Source: Flammeovirgaceae bacterium UBA2366 (GTDB lineage: Bacteria; Bacteroidota; Bacteroidia; Cytophagales; Cyclobacteriaceae). From it: a DNA stretch of 64,000 nucleotides. The translations under genes were made by a program, and so were the position numbers. Shown here in pieces: positions 18,609 through 28,525 of this stretch. Each line of letters opens with the position of its first letter. Position 1 is the stretch's first letter. Below the pieces are notes generated by a model. It saw only the letters and a program-made list of their open reading frames with translations, did not search any database and was not told where the DNA came from. The DNA lies in contig DDTK01000011.1 of assembly GCA_002344065.1 (NCBI GenBank), positions 641,977-705,976 on the forward strand, given 5' to 3'.

Positions 18609-19778
18609 GTGGCTAAACACCCCATGCTTAAACCTGATGTTACTGTTAAAAGAAGGAAAAACGTAAGTGAAGTTCCTTACCTGAACCTCCTTGAATGGGC
18701 CACAAAAGAGCGGACATTCCTTATCCTGATTGGTTTAGCCTTTATCCTGGCAGCCTTTGCCACATTCAATGGAAAAACAGCCATGTGGTTTGGTTTTCTG
18801 TTTGCCGCCTATGCTGCCGTAGCAAATGACAGCATTCAATCGCTGGGAACGTTTATAGAAAGTAACAAAGACAAACGGTGGTATGTGCTGTGGTTGTTTA
18901 CGGGCTTAATCATGTTAGGCACCCTTACGTTCAGCTTCATCTATTTTAATGGTGACGTTACCTACCAACGTTTGCTGGACAATGAGGGTAATACCAAATA
19001 TCCATTCGATGAACAATTTTCCTATTTCCAGATTATTGCTCCAGTAGTATTACTGATTCTGACAAGGCTTCGCATGCCCGTATCCACAACGTTTTTATTG
19101 CTAAGCGTTTTCAGTGCAGATACCAGTGGCATTACCTCAGTGGTATGGAAAAGTGTATCCGGTTATATACTCGCGTTTGTTATTTCTTTTTTGATTTGGT
19201 ATTTCGGATTTGATCTGATCCGAAAATATTTCAAAAAAAGAAAAGCACATTTCGGATGGACCATTACGCAATGGGTTGTCAGTGGATCGCTATGGTCGGT
19301 TTGGCTCATGCAGGATGGCGCAAACATTGCGGTGTTTCTGCCACGAACGCTCGAGCTTTGGCAGTTCATAATTTTTGTGGGTACTATTTTCTTTGGTTTA
19401 GGCTTGCTCTTCTATTTAAGGGGTGACAAAATACAGCAGGTAGTTAGCGAAAAAGTAAGGATTTCGGATGTGCGTGCAGCTACCCTTATTGACTTTACTT
19501 ATGTGTTGCTATTGATTTATAAACTTTTTGTAAGTACCATACCTATGAGTACAACCTGGGTATTTCTGGGAACCATTGGCGGACGGGAGATGGCCGTAAG
19601 TCTATCCAGAAAAAAGAAGGGCTTTAAACATAAAGGAAAAGCCTTAAAAATTATCGGGCGTGATTTTCTGTATGCCACCATCGGACTGGTGATCTCAGTT
19701 GCCCTTGCATCAGGTGCGAACCCTACCATACGCAACAAAGTTATTGAGTATTTAACCGATCTATTTACTCTCGGATAA
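18609..19778 (+). CDS. Polytopic membrane protein with divergent PiT/PHO4-like motifs
   Basis: 389 aa starting at GTG (alternative ATG at 18624) with about 9-10 hydrophobic segments. ANDSIQSLGTF, PVSTTF and PMSTTW faintly echo PiT GANDxxN / PxSTTH motifs. Confidence 0.5.
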   Translation: MAKHPMLKPDVTVKRRKNVSEVPYLNLLEWATKERTFLILIGLAFILAAFATFNGKTAMWFGFLFAAYAAVANDSIQSLGTFIESNKDKRWYVLWLFTGLIMLGTLTFSFIYFNGDVTYQRLLDNEGNTKYPFDEQFSYFQIIAPVVLLILTRLRMPVSTTFLLLSVFSADTSGITSVVWKSVSGYILAFVISFLIWYFGFDLIRKYFKKRKAHFGWTITQWVVSGSLWSVWLMQDGANIAVFLPRTLELWQFIIFVGTIFFGLGLLFYLRGDKIQQVVSEKVRISDVRAATLIDFTYVLLLIYKLFVSTIPMSTTWVFLGTIGGREMAVSLSRKKKGFKHKGKALKIIGRDFLYATIGLVISVALASGANPTIRNKVIEYLTDLFTLG

Positions 19779-20574
19779 GCAGAACAGGCACTTCAACATG
19801 GGTTGTAAGTTGATGTGCGGGTGCGGGTGAAAATAACTTCTCTAACAAACTGTAATTGCGATTGATGGTGCAAAGCAGATCAACATTATTTGCGTTTACA
19901 TACTTCACTACGTTTTCTACTGTATCATCGTGCTGTGCTGGTAATACCTTTACCTCCATCGCATATGCAGCATTAAACTTATCCACCCATTCAGAAATCT
20001 GTTTACCCTTAGCCTGACTACCTCGGATATTCAATACCGACAATTCCTGTGACGTTTTTTTAAGTATCTCAATGAACGGTTCAAACTCCCGAAGATCAAA
20101 TGACTTCATATCGGTGGCCAACACAGCCTTGTTCGGAACTTTTGGATTATGGGAGCCTGGAACAACCAGAACCGGAACTTTGGTATTTTTAGTAATGAAT
20201 GTCAAGAGGCTGTCCTTCCCCGGCTGACGCTCGGTATTTCTGCCCATTACAATTACATTGGGCTTCACTTTTTCAATTTGCTTTAAGAGATTAAATTGAA
20301 CATTACCCACCAGTATTTCTTCCTCCACTACAATTCCTTCCAACGAAATAATTTCACGCAATGATTTCATCTTTTCGTTAACCTTTCGTGTCAAACGATC
20401 AAGACTCCAGGTTACCACAACAGGATTCTCTGACTCGGGCACTTCATTCAGGTCAATAACATGGCCCAACACTACTTTTCCCTCCGCAAAGCGAGCAAGC
20501 ATGGTTGCATACTGCAACGCGTTGAGTGAACACTCAGAGAAATCAACCGGCACGTAATAGGTTAGCTTCTTCAT
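19765..20574 (-). CDS. Universal stress protein, tandem UspA domains
   Basis: 269 aa, two USP-like halves (VPVDFSE...VPVLVVP; ...VPVLLIRE). Confidence 0.75.
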   Translation of the reverse strand: MKKLTYYVPVDFSECSLNALQYATMLARFAEGKVVLGHVIDLNEVPESENPVVVTWSLDRLTRKVNEKMKSLREIISLEGIVVEEEILVGNVQFNLLKQIEKVKPNVIVMGRNTERQPGKDSLLTFITKNTKVPVLVVPGSHNPKVPNKAVLATDMKSFDLREFEPFIEILKKTSQELSVLNIRGSQAKGKQISEWVDKFNAAYAMEVKVLPAQHDDTVENVVKYVNANNVDLLCTINRNYSLLEKLFSPAPAHQLTTHVEVPVLLIRE

Positions 20575-20580
20575 GACCGT

Positions 20581-22203
20581 TTATTGTTTGGTATCCAATT
20601 CAAGTTCTTCAACATGATCCTTTCCATTCCCATTTTTCACGGTATGTTTTCGGTTTTCACGAATCAGCTCAACATCAATATTTTTGGCTTTAGCCTGATT
20701 TTTAAAATCTTCAATAATCTCCATCACATCGTAATCGATATGCACTGATTTACTCATGTCGATGGTTACTTTGGTGCCTTCACGCACACGGCTTAACTCC
20801 TTCTTAATACTACCTTTATTTAAGAAGACTACTTCTTCGGCCAATGTCATTTTCACTTCGTCTTCACCGCTATTTGATTTTTCTTTGTGCATATAATGCG
20901 AATTTTTATAGCTGTTTCGCAGAAGAATAATTACAGCCACGGCCACACCTATACCGATACCTTTCAATAAATCCGTAAACACAACACCTAAAACAGTAGC
21001 CATAAAGGGAAGAAACTGACTCCAGCCTAACCGGGCCATTTCTCTGAACATGGATGGTTTCGCAAGCTTATAGCCAACCACTAATAGTACAGCTGCCAGA
21101 ACAGAGAGCGGAACAAGGTTAAGAACACCGGGAATAGCGACCACGCATAAAAGCAGCAAGAAGCCATGCAGAATGGCTGACATTTTTGTTTTACCACCCG
21201 ATTGGATATTAGCAGAACTACGAAGTATAACCTGTGTAACAGGAATTCCACCTATAAGCCCTGACAGCATATTACCACTACCCTGCGCAATCAATTCCCT
21301 GTTGGTATTGGTTGTGCGTTTGTACGGATCGAGTTTATCGGTAGCCTCAACTGAAAGCAGGGTTTCAATACTGGCTACTATGGCTAATGTAAAGGCGACT
21401 ACCCAAACCTCCTGACTTAATACGGCTGAGAAATCAGGCAACGTAAACTGCCCCAAAAAACTAGTAAAGCTATCAGCAACGGGAACGGAAACCAGATGGT
21501 CACCACTCAATGACCACTGAGGCAGAAATGCTGTGGTTAAAGATTGATAAATAATACCAACCACTACTGCTACCAGCGGACCTGGAATTAGTTTAAAAAT
21601 CTGATGCCTTTTTGTTAACACTAAATCCCACAATAAAATAATGCCCAATGCTATTGCGCTGATAAGTACAGCGGGTGGAGTAATGGCATCAACCATGTAA
21701 AGCAATTCGGAAAACGTATTGTGTCCATCGGCCTGAGTAAATGAAAGATCTCCTTCATAGTCGGCATCATACCCAAAGGCATGCGGGATTTGTTTTAAGA
21801 TGATGATGATACCAATAGCGGTAAGCATGCCCTTAATCACCGATGTTGGAAAGTAGTAGCCAATGATACCGGCCCGCGCAAAACCTAAACCAATTTGGAT
21901 AAGGCCAGCCAGTACCACTGCTACCAGAAATACTTCGAATGATCCAAGTTGTTGAATGGCGGTTAACACAATAACCGTTAACCCCGCGGCAGGGCCACTA
22001 ACACCTAACTGAGAATTACTGATGGAGGCAACCACTATACCACCCACTACACCGGCAATTACACCCGAAAATAAAGGCGCTCCGCTCGCCAATGCAATGC
22101 CTAAACACAGTGGCAAGGCCACAAAAAATACTACCAGACTGGCCGGAAAATCATAACGTAGTGATGAAAATAATCCCTTTCTATCGTATCCATTCGAACT
22201 CAT
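20581..22203 (-). CDS. SulP-family anion transporter with C-terminal STAS domain
   Basis: 540 aa, polytopic, with SulP signature regions (ALASGAPL, NRELIAQGSGNMLSGLIGG) and a soluble STAS-like tail. Confidence 0.9.
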   Translation of the reverse strand: MSSNGYDRKGLFSSLRYDFPASLVVFFVALPLCLGIALASGAPLFSGVIAGVVGGIVVASISNSQLGVSGPAAGLTVIVLTAIQQLGSFEVFLVAVVLAGLIQIGLGFARAGIIGYYFPTSVIKGMLTAIGIIIILKQIPHAFGYDADYEGDLSFTQADGHNTFSELLYMVDAITPPAVLISAIALGIILLWDLVLTKRHQIFKLIPGPLVAVVVGIIYQSLTTAFLPQWSLSGDHLVSVPVADSFTSFLGQFTLPDFSAVLSQEVWVVAFTLAIVASIETLLSVEATDKLDPYKRTTNTNRELIAQGSGNMLSGLIGGIPVTQVILRSSANIQSGGKTKMSAILHGFLLLLCVVAIPGVLNLVPLSVLAAVLLVVGYKLAKPSMFREMARLGWSQFLPFMATVLGVVFTDLLKGIGIGVAVAVIILLRNSYKNSHYMHKEKSNSGEDEVKMTLAEEVVFLNKGSIKKELSRVREGTKVTIDMSKSVHIDYDVMEIIEDFKNQAKAKNIDVELIRENRKHTVKNGNGKDHVEELELDTKQ

Positions 22204-22372
22204 ATATCAACGCTTTTAGTACCCTGCAAATACTCATATAGGCATTAAGCTGACGTTAGAGTTACATTAAAATCCGATTAGAAATGCCTATTAGGCATAG
22301 CCGAAAACAGCTTTTTCCTTGCGGATCAACAACTGTAGAAGGAATTGGAAGCTAAAGCATGTAGAAACAAAC

Positions 22373-23734
22373 CTATGTTAGCTGAAGTACCGGAAGTATT
22401 ATTTTCACCATAGTTCCTTTATTTAATTCCGATTGGACTTCAAATTTTCCGGCATGAAGCTCAATGATCTTTACCGTTAATGGGATACCGATACCTGTTC
22501 CTCGTATCTTACGAACATTATCAGCCCTGAAAAACGGCTGGGTGATTTTTGGAATATCTGCAGCAGCAATGCCTACCCCCTGATCTTTAACTGAAATAAC
22601 AATGTGTTCTGCCAAACGCTCAACATCCACCTCAACCGGTGCATTATGCGAGAACTTACTGGCGTTATCGAAAATGTTGATAATAGCTGTTTGCAATAAA
22701 TTCATATTGCCGCTAACAGAAAGATTTCGTAAGTCGGCATGGATGTCAAAATTGAACCGAACCTGATTATCCGGATCCAGTAAATCAAATTTCTTTTTCG
22801 ATTCCAGTAACAGTTTTGACAGGGTAATGATTTCAACCTTAAGATCGGCCAGGTTATAACTTACCGTAGAGAGCTGCAGTAAATTATTTACAAGCATATT
22901 TAGCCGATCAGCTTCTGATTGAATGGTTTTTAAAGATTCCTGGTATTCTTTTGCCGGCCTGTCTTTATCCAGTGCCAAATCCGCCTCGCCAATAATGACG
23001 GTAAGCGGATTGCGTATTTCATGCGAGGCATTGGCTACAAATAATTTCTGTGCATGAAAGGCTTCATCAAGCCTGTCAAGTAAGCGGTTAAATGCCAGCG
23101 CCAACTGACCAATTTCATCATCGGGGTTAAACACGCGTAACCTTTCATGCAGGTTGCTGACGCTAATCGTATTAGCCTTTTTAATTTTGGCCGAGATGGG
23201 TGATAATATACGGTTGGACATGTAGTAACTCATGCTCATCATAATCACCACACCAATAACGAGTGCTGTAACCAAAATAGTGCGCAAATTTTTCATCACG
23301 TTAATACCCACAAGATCTACCGCAACAATTAACACCGCATAATCGCCACCGGATAGTCTGAATATTCGGCCTGCTCCCTGTCGGTTTTCAAATGAGTAGT
23401 ACGCTACTCCGGCACTTTCCAATTGATCAATAAATTCAACCGGATAAACGTATTTAAGAGAATCGCGCCAGCCGTCCGTAATCTGAATAACTTCCTCTGT
23501 TTCTTCTGGTAGAATATTCAGAAACTGTTCACGAATAAGTTCATATGATTCTTCGGTAAAACTTGCCCGCTCCAGAAACATTTTCTCGGTTATATCTACC
23601 CGCTTCATCAAGCGGATGTTAAACTCCTTTTGGCGATACTGAGCAGAGAAATAGTACACTGAAATGCCGAAGGCCAATAGCACCAGCGATGATGTTATTC
23701 CAAAAAAAATGGAAAGTCTATGCCTGATCTTCAC
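22373..23734 (-). CDS. Sensor histidine kinase (two TMs, periplasmic loop, HAMP, HisKA, HATPase_c)
   Basis: H-box ANASHEIRNPLT and G-boxes DQGVGI / GTGIGI. I prefer the GTG start at 23734 (MKIRHRLSIFF...). It gives a 17-nt overlap with the upstream response regulator. The ATG at 23770 offered by the track would overlap by 53 nt. Confidence 0.85.
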   Translation of the reverse strand: MKIRHRLSIFFGITSSLVLLAFGISVYYFSAQYRQKEFNIRLMKRVDITEKMFLERASFTEESYELIREQFLNILPEETEEVIQITDGWRDSLKYVYPVEFIDQLESAGVAYYSFENRQGAGRIFRLSGGDYAVLIVAVDLVGINVMKNLRTILVTALVIGVVIMMSMSYYMSNRILSPISAKIKKANTISVSNLHERLRVFNPDDEIGQLALAFNRLLDRLDEAFHAQKLFVANASHEIRNPLTVIIGEADLALDKDRPAKEYQESLKTIQSEADRLNMLVNNLLQLSTVSYNLADLKVEIITLSKLLLESKKKFDLLDPDNQVRFNFDIHADLRNLSVSGNMNLLQTAIINIFDNASKFSHNAPVEVDVERLAEHIVISVKDQGVGIAAADIPKITQPFFRADNVRKIRGTGIGIPLTVKIIELHAGKFEVQSELNKGTMVKIILPVLQLT

Positions 23735-24407
23735 GGTCAGTATCTTTAATGCAATACCCCATACCCACAACGGTTTTAATCAGTGGTGTTGGGAAATCAT
23801 GATCGATTTTTTTTCGCAGGTAATTGATATAAACATCCACCACGTTGGTTCCTAAATCGTGGTTGATATCCCAAACGTTTTCCAGAATATCTGTGCGGGA
23901 AACTACCCGGTTCTTATTCAGCAAAAGATATTCGAGCAATCTAAACTCGCGGGCGGTGAGATCAATTCGTTTACCGCTGCGAAAAACTTCCTTGGCATCT
24001 GAATCGAGTTTTAAATCGTCAACCAATAAGGTCTTGTTTACGAGTATCTTCCTTCGTGCCAGGGCCTGCACCCTTGCCATCAACTCCTTAAACTTAAAGG
24101 GTTTGGTCAGGTAATCATCAGCACCAATAGTGAGCCCATCCACAATATCGTCAGTCGTTCCTAAGGCTGTAAGCATCAACACCGGGGTATGATCACCATG
24201 TTCCTGACGTAATTTTTTGCACACTTCCAAACCGTTCATTCCGGGCATAACAATATCCAGAATGATAACATCATACGTTTCACTCAGCGCCATACTCAAG
24301 CCCGTAACCCCATCAAAAGCTTGTGCTACCTGAAAGCCATTCTCTTCCAGTCCTTTACGAATAAAGGAGGCAACATGCTGCTCATCTTCAATTAATAAAA
24401 TCTTCAC
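23718..24407 (-). CDS. OmpR/PhoB-family response regulator
   Basis: 229 aa with a receiver domain (acidic pocket, D in ILDIVMPG) and a winged-helix output domain (LTAREFRLLEYL...GMGY). Confidence 0.9.
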   Translation of the reverse strand: MKILLIEDEQHVASFIRKGLEENGFQVAQAFDGVTGLSMALSETYDVIILDIVMPGMNGLEVCKKLRQEHGDHTPVLMLTALGTTDDIVDGLTIGADDYLTKPFKFKELMARVQALARRKILVNKTLLVDDLKLDSDAKEVFRSGKRIDLTAREFRLLEYLLLNKNRVVSRTDILENVWDINHDLGTNVVDVYINYLRKKIDHDFPTPLIKTVVGMGYCIKDTDREDQA

Positions 24408-24467
24408 CCGATATGATTTTAATTCCTCAAGTTACAAAATTGAGCAGAGATTAGGCGTGTGAAGACC

Positions 24468-26297
24468 CTAATGCCGGTTAAACTGACAGGAAATACCAGC
24501 CTTAAACCAACGCCCCGGCATAGTTACCAGGTTTGTTTCTTTATACGTTACATCAAAAATGTTGGTAACATCAACAAACATGTTCACACCGTTTTTCTGC
24601 CAGGAGATTCTTGAATCAACAAGCGAATAATCAGGCATGGTAACACGATTGTTATAACGATAATAAATAGTATGGCGAAAATGCTTCCCATAAGCCAGGA
24701 GAACCGAGGTAACAAGCTGGTGCTTCAGATTTTCCAAGGCATATCGGGAATATGCCTGATCGGTGCTCTTCTCTGCATCTATGAAAGTATACCCAAGATC
24801 AAGCGTGCGAATAAAACCCCTGTTTTCAAAAGGTATTATGGTTGCATTCAGATCAACTCCTTTCATCAAAACACCGGCAAGATTTTCAGGTCGCCACGGA
24901 TCTGTTTCAACATCTTTTGTCCAGTCAATGATGTTCTTGCCATCGCGAACAAAATAAGCCACCTGGCCAGACATCCATTTTACATTCAATAACTTAATTC
25001 CCGCCTCATAGGAAACTGCAAACTCAGGTTCTAAAAACGGATTTCCTTCGTTTGCCGGATCACTGTAATATAAATCGGTATAGGTAGGTACCCGATAGGT
25101 GTATCCCCAATTACCATAAGCTTTTAAGTTTTTATTTATCAGATACCCTGCGTCTATTCCCGGAAAAAAATTCAAACCAAAATCGGAATAGTAATTAAGC
25201 TGAATACCAGGGGTGATGTCCCATTTACTTTGATTGAATTCAAAACGTTGTTCAGCAAACATGGTGAACACCGTACGGTTATGGTCACCCAGATTTGTAC
25301 TGGCAAGCCATAAATGATTGAGATCAATGCCTAACCCTGCCGCTCCCAATTTATTCTGAAATGTTCCGTTGGCTTCATAGCCAGCCGTATTTCCTGTATG
25401 AAGATTTCGGTATGCGGTAGGATTTTTCCAATTAAACACATAGTCATCACTGTTCTTTCGCCAATAAAGCCGATGGTTTAAAGAAAAATTTTCACCCGGT
25501 TTGGTTTGCAGATTTAACGCCACCAAACTGGTTTGAATGGATTCGCGCTGATCCTGAAAGGCTGAACTTGCATAAAACCCGTTGGCACCAAACGTACGAT
25601 CGGTTAAACCTGCCAGCACATTCCACTTACCTATACTATTTTTCCATGCGGATTGATAAAAATAATTTGATATCACATAATCGGTGTTGTATTGATAACC
25701 ATCCGAAACATCGCGGCTGGCTGACAGGTAATGGCTGGTACCCGCTTTATCGTGTAACGCACCAGACACCCGGACGCCTCCCAAACCAAAATCGCCCGCC
25801 ATAGCGGATACTTTTACAAAATCATTTTCGGGAACTTTAGTGATAATGTTAATCGCTCCCGCAAAAGCATTTTGCCCGAATATACGGGCAGCCGGACCCT
25901 TTAAGATTTCTATGCGTTCAACATTTTCGATATCGATGGGCAGGTTTAACGAATGATGCCCGGTTTGTGGATCACTGATCTTAATTCCGTTAATCAAAAT
26001 TAAAACCTGGTCAAATGTACTACCCCGAATACTTGCATCGGCCTGCACACCATTGGCACCACGCTGGCGAATGTCAACACCTGGAATATAATGCAACACA
26101 TCATTCACGCTTAGTGAGGGTGTTTGTGCCAGTGTCGTTCCTTGCAGGATTATAATGGAGGCAGACGTTTCGTTAAAACCTGTCTGAATCCGGTTAGCAT
26201 GTATGGGCACTTCCTCTAAAAGCCGAACACTATCTTGCTGTTGAAAGCTATAACCAAAAAATGGAAAACCTAAACTTAAAAATATAAGTGCGCGCAT
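24468..26297 (-). CDS. TonB-dependent receptor (small, ~610 aa)
   Basis: Plug-domain motifs (IEILKGPAARIFGQNAFAGAINI) and a C-terminal beta-barrel ending in an aromatic residue. The start is set to the ATG at 26297 (MRALIFLSLGF, a signal peptide). The ORF-track start at 26393 would overlap the divergent gene. Confidence 0.85.
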   Translation of the reverse strand: MRALIFLSLGFPFFGYSFQQQDSVRLLEEVPIHANRIQTGFNETSASIIILQGTTLAQTPSLSVNDVLHYIPGVDIRQRGANGVQADASIRGSTFDQVLILINGIKISDPQTGHHSLNLPIDIENVERIEILKGPAARIFGQNAFAGAINIITKVPENDFVKVSAMAGDFGLGGVRVSGALHDKAGTSHYLSASRDVSDGYQYNTDYVISNYFYQSAWKNSIGKWNVLAGLTDRTFGANGFYASSAFQDQRESIQTSLVALNLQTKPGENFSLNHRLYWRKNSDDYVFNWKNPTAYRNLHTGNTAGYEANGTFQNKLGAAGLGIDLNHLWLASTNLGDHNRTVFTMFAEQRFEFNQSKWDITPGIQLNYYSDFGLNFFPGIDAGYLINKNLKAYGNWGYTYRVPTYTDLYYSDPANEGNPFLEPEFAVSYEAGIKLLNVKWMSGQVAYFVRDGKNIIDWTKDVETDPWRPENLAGVLMKGVDLNATIIPFENRGFIRTLDLGYTFIDAEKSTDQAYSRYALENLKHQLVTSVLLAYGKHFRHTIYYRYNNRVTMPDYSLVDSRISWQKNGVNMFVDVTNIFDVTYKETNLVTMPGRWFKAGISCQFNRH

Positions 26298-26380
26298 AAA
26301 ATGGTTGATAAAGTTCGTGCGAATATAGGTGAATGCACGAGTTTGTAAAATGTTGATACCTTTACAAAATTCTGTAGAAC

Positions 26381-27019
26381 ATGCTCTGCCCACTTTGCCA
26401 ACATGCCGATAGTCTGATCGCTACACAGGGAGCAGATGAACGAACGTATTTACGCTGCCCCCGATGCTATCTTATTTTTACAAAGCAACATCTTACACGG
26501 GCAGAAGAAGAAGCGCGGTACCGTACACACCAAAACGGTCCGCAACATGATGGTCATGTGAATTTTCTAAACCGGGCTATAACACCTGCTCTAGCTTATT
26601 TAACTAAAACCCAACAAGGACTTGATTATGGGTGCGGTCCAGTACCTACCCTTTCCACTATTCTGAAAGAAAAGCATGGCATAACCTGCGATGATTATGA
26701 TCCGATATTTTACCCCAAAACACCTGCAGGTAACTATGATTTCATTTTCAGTACGGAATGTTTCGAACACTTTTTCTCACCGGCAAAAGAAATCGCACGG
26801 ATTAAAGAACTTTTAAAGCCTCAAGGCCTACTTATTATTATGTCAGAATTGTGGAGAGATAAAACAGATTTACCAACATGGTATTATTTCAGGGATAAGA
26901 CTCATGTGAGTTTTTATCACGCTTCAACCTTTGATTATATCGCTGGTAGCTTCGGATTTGTGCAGCTGTCATGTACGGATGATCGGGTAATCATTTTAAA
27001 AGATAACAGACCGCGTTAG
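26381..27019 (+). CDS. Class I SAM-dependent methyltransferase with an N-terminal CxxC...CxxC zinc ribbon
   Basis: 212 aa with CPLC...CPRC, then methyltransferase motif I (LDYGCGPV) and the post-I acidic residue. Confidence 0.7.
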   Translation: MLCPLCQHADSLIATQGADERTYLRCPRCYLIFTKQHLTRAEEEARYRTHQNGPQHDGHVNFLNRAITPALAYLTKTQQGLDYGCGPVPTLSTILKEKHGITCDDYDPIFYPKTPAGNYDFIFSTECFEHFFSPAKEIARIKELLKPQGLLIIMSELWRDKTDLPTWYYFRDKTHVSFYHASTFDYIAGSFGFVQLSCTDDRVIILKDNRPR

Positions 27020-27029
27020 TCTTGCTTCT

Positions 27030-27572
27030 TTAACTCAGCAGAAATAGAAAAATCAACGGAAAAATTATTCCTACCAGCGCAAACTTCCAGCCCCTGCGTC
27101 TAAAACTGTTTTCACCCTTTACAATAAACATTCCGGTACCGGCAATCACGAGCATAGCCACACCGAATACATCGGAATAGTATATCCACCACTTGCTGGT
27201 ATCCACATGCAGGATGGTCATCTGCCCCAGCACCGGAGTAATTTTATAGTGAACTATAGAGCCTGCCCCCGTAGTAATGTCCACATCCACATCATGGTTA
27301 ACATAAGAAATACGTAAATTATTTCCATTCAGGGCAAACCTCCGCAGGTTATCAGTAATATTCTGTTGCTGTGTAAAAGACGCAATGAAAGCATCATTGA
27401 CAGAATCTTTATGAACAGGTGCAACTGTAATTTCCTTGATTTCGGCTTTGTAACGCCTGGGGTGCCATGCCTGGCGATGGTTCAAGAATATTCCGGAAAA
27501 AGAAAAGGCAATGATCAAGCCCAGGTAGAAGTATGCGATATCGCGGTGCGTGTTACGAGCAGTGAGTTTCAT
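27030..27572 (-). CDS. PepSY-associated TM-helix domain protein
   Basis: 180 aa. The N-terminal TM is followed by GIFLNHRQAWH, with C-terminal TMs. This is a typical partner of TonB-dependent receptor loci. Confidence 0.6.
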   Translation of the reverse strand: MKLTARNTHRDIAYFYLGLIIAFSFSGIFLNHRQAWHPRRYKAEIKEITVAPVHKDSVNDAFIASFTQQQNITDNLRRFALNGNNLRISYVNHDVDVDITTGAGSIVHYKITPVLGQMTILHVDTSKWWIYYSDVFGVAMLVIAGTGMFIVKGENSFRRRGWKFALVGIIFPLIFLFLLS

Positions 27573-27612
27573 GTGTTTGAAGATTTAAAGGGGCGAAAGT
27601 AGAGTAAAAAAA

Positions 27613-28326
27613 TTAATCCAGTAAAGTCAACTCAAGCTTTCTGAACTCCACTTCCGATCCTTCGGCCTGCAAGGCTAACTGACCCTTACTGGCGGTACAG
27701 TTCGTTCCACGATTTACCAAATCCCCATTCACCCACACCTTTATTTCATTTCCTGCACACTCAATGATCATGGTGTTCCATTCACCCAACGGGTTTTCCG
27801 ATCCATCGGTAAGATTAACAATGCGCCTTGCCTTACCTTCTGTAATACCCCACTCCTCTTTCGGGCCACGCCTGGCTTCCATATCCGGCACGGTGATATC
27901 CTCCACAATAACCCAAAAATCACCAGCGTTTTCGTGCATCATCTGCACTTCTACAGACTTCGGAAACATACTGTACAATGCGCGAGATTTTGAAACATGA
28001 ACCAGCACACCGCAGTTGCCCGGCTCACCGGCAAAGCGATACTCCACTTCCAATCTGTAATTCTCAAACACACTATCCGTGATCAGGTGTCCGCGGGGTT
28101 CGCCTAAGCTTACCAACATACCCTCACGTACAACAAAAGGAGATTGGATATCACTGGTGTCCATAGCCGGAACATCAACATGCCAGCCGGCAAGGTCTGT
28201 TCCGTTGAAAAGTTGAATGGTTTTGTTGTTGCTTTCTTTGGTAGGTTGGCAAGCGAAAATTAAAAGCAGCACTAGCGCAGTGGCAAATGACTTAATTAAT
28301 AATTTATAACTGATGTTGTTGAACAT
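27613..28326 (-). CDS. DUF1080 (3-keto-disaccharide hydrolase-like) secreted protein
   Basis: 237 aa with LFNGTDLAGWH near the N-terminus and ...GQLALQAEGSEVEFRKLEL at the C-terminus, both hallmark DUF1080 strands. Confidence 0.75.
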   Translation of the reverse strand: MFNNISYKLLIKSFATALVLLLIFACQPTKESNNKTIQLFNGTDLAGWHVDVPAMDTSDIQSPFVVREGMLVSLGEPRGHLITDSVFENYRLEVEYRFAGEPGNCGVLVHVSKSRALYSMFPKSVEVQMMHENAGDFWVIVEDITVPDMEARRGPKEEWGITEGKARRIVNLTDGSENPLGEWNTMIIECAGNEIKVWVNGDLVNRGTNCTASKGQLALQAEGSEVEFRKLELTLLD

Positions 28327-28525
28327 ATATGATTTTTGGTATTAACGGTTTATAAAAATAATAAATCTGTTGGCAAATGGAAGGTGATCTTACTAAAGAA
28401 TAAATAACCTTAAGGTAATGAATTCCCTCTCCAATAAGGGATAAAATTTTGCGGTATATTTACTCCTTCAAATCCAATCTACAAACCTATATTTTGATCC
28501 TATAAAATAATTCACCCCAAAACAC

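Noticed and set aside
26298-26380. Cobalamin riboswitch upstream of the TonB-dependent receptor (considered because the window encodes a B12-dependent CarH)
   Set aside because: The leader is only ~80 nt and contains no B12-box-like GCCACTG core or the expected paired regions.
26298-26393. Upstream extension of the TonB-dependent receptor ORF
   Set aside because: The extension lacks a signal peptide and overlaps the divergent methyltransferase start. The ATG at 26297 begins a canonical signal sequence.
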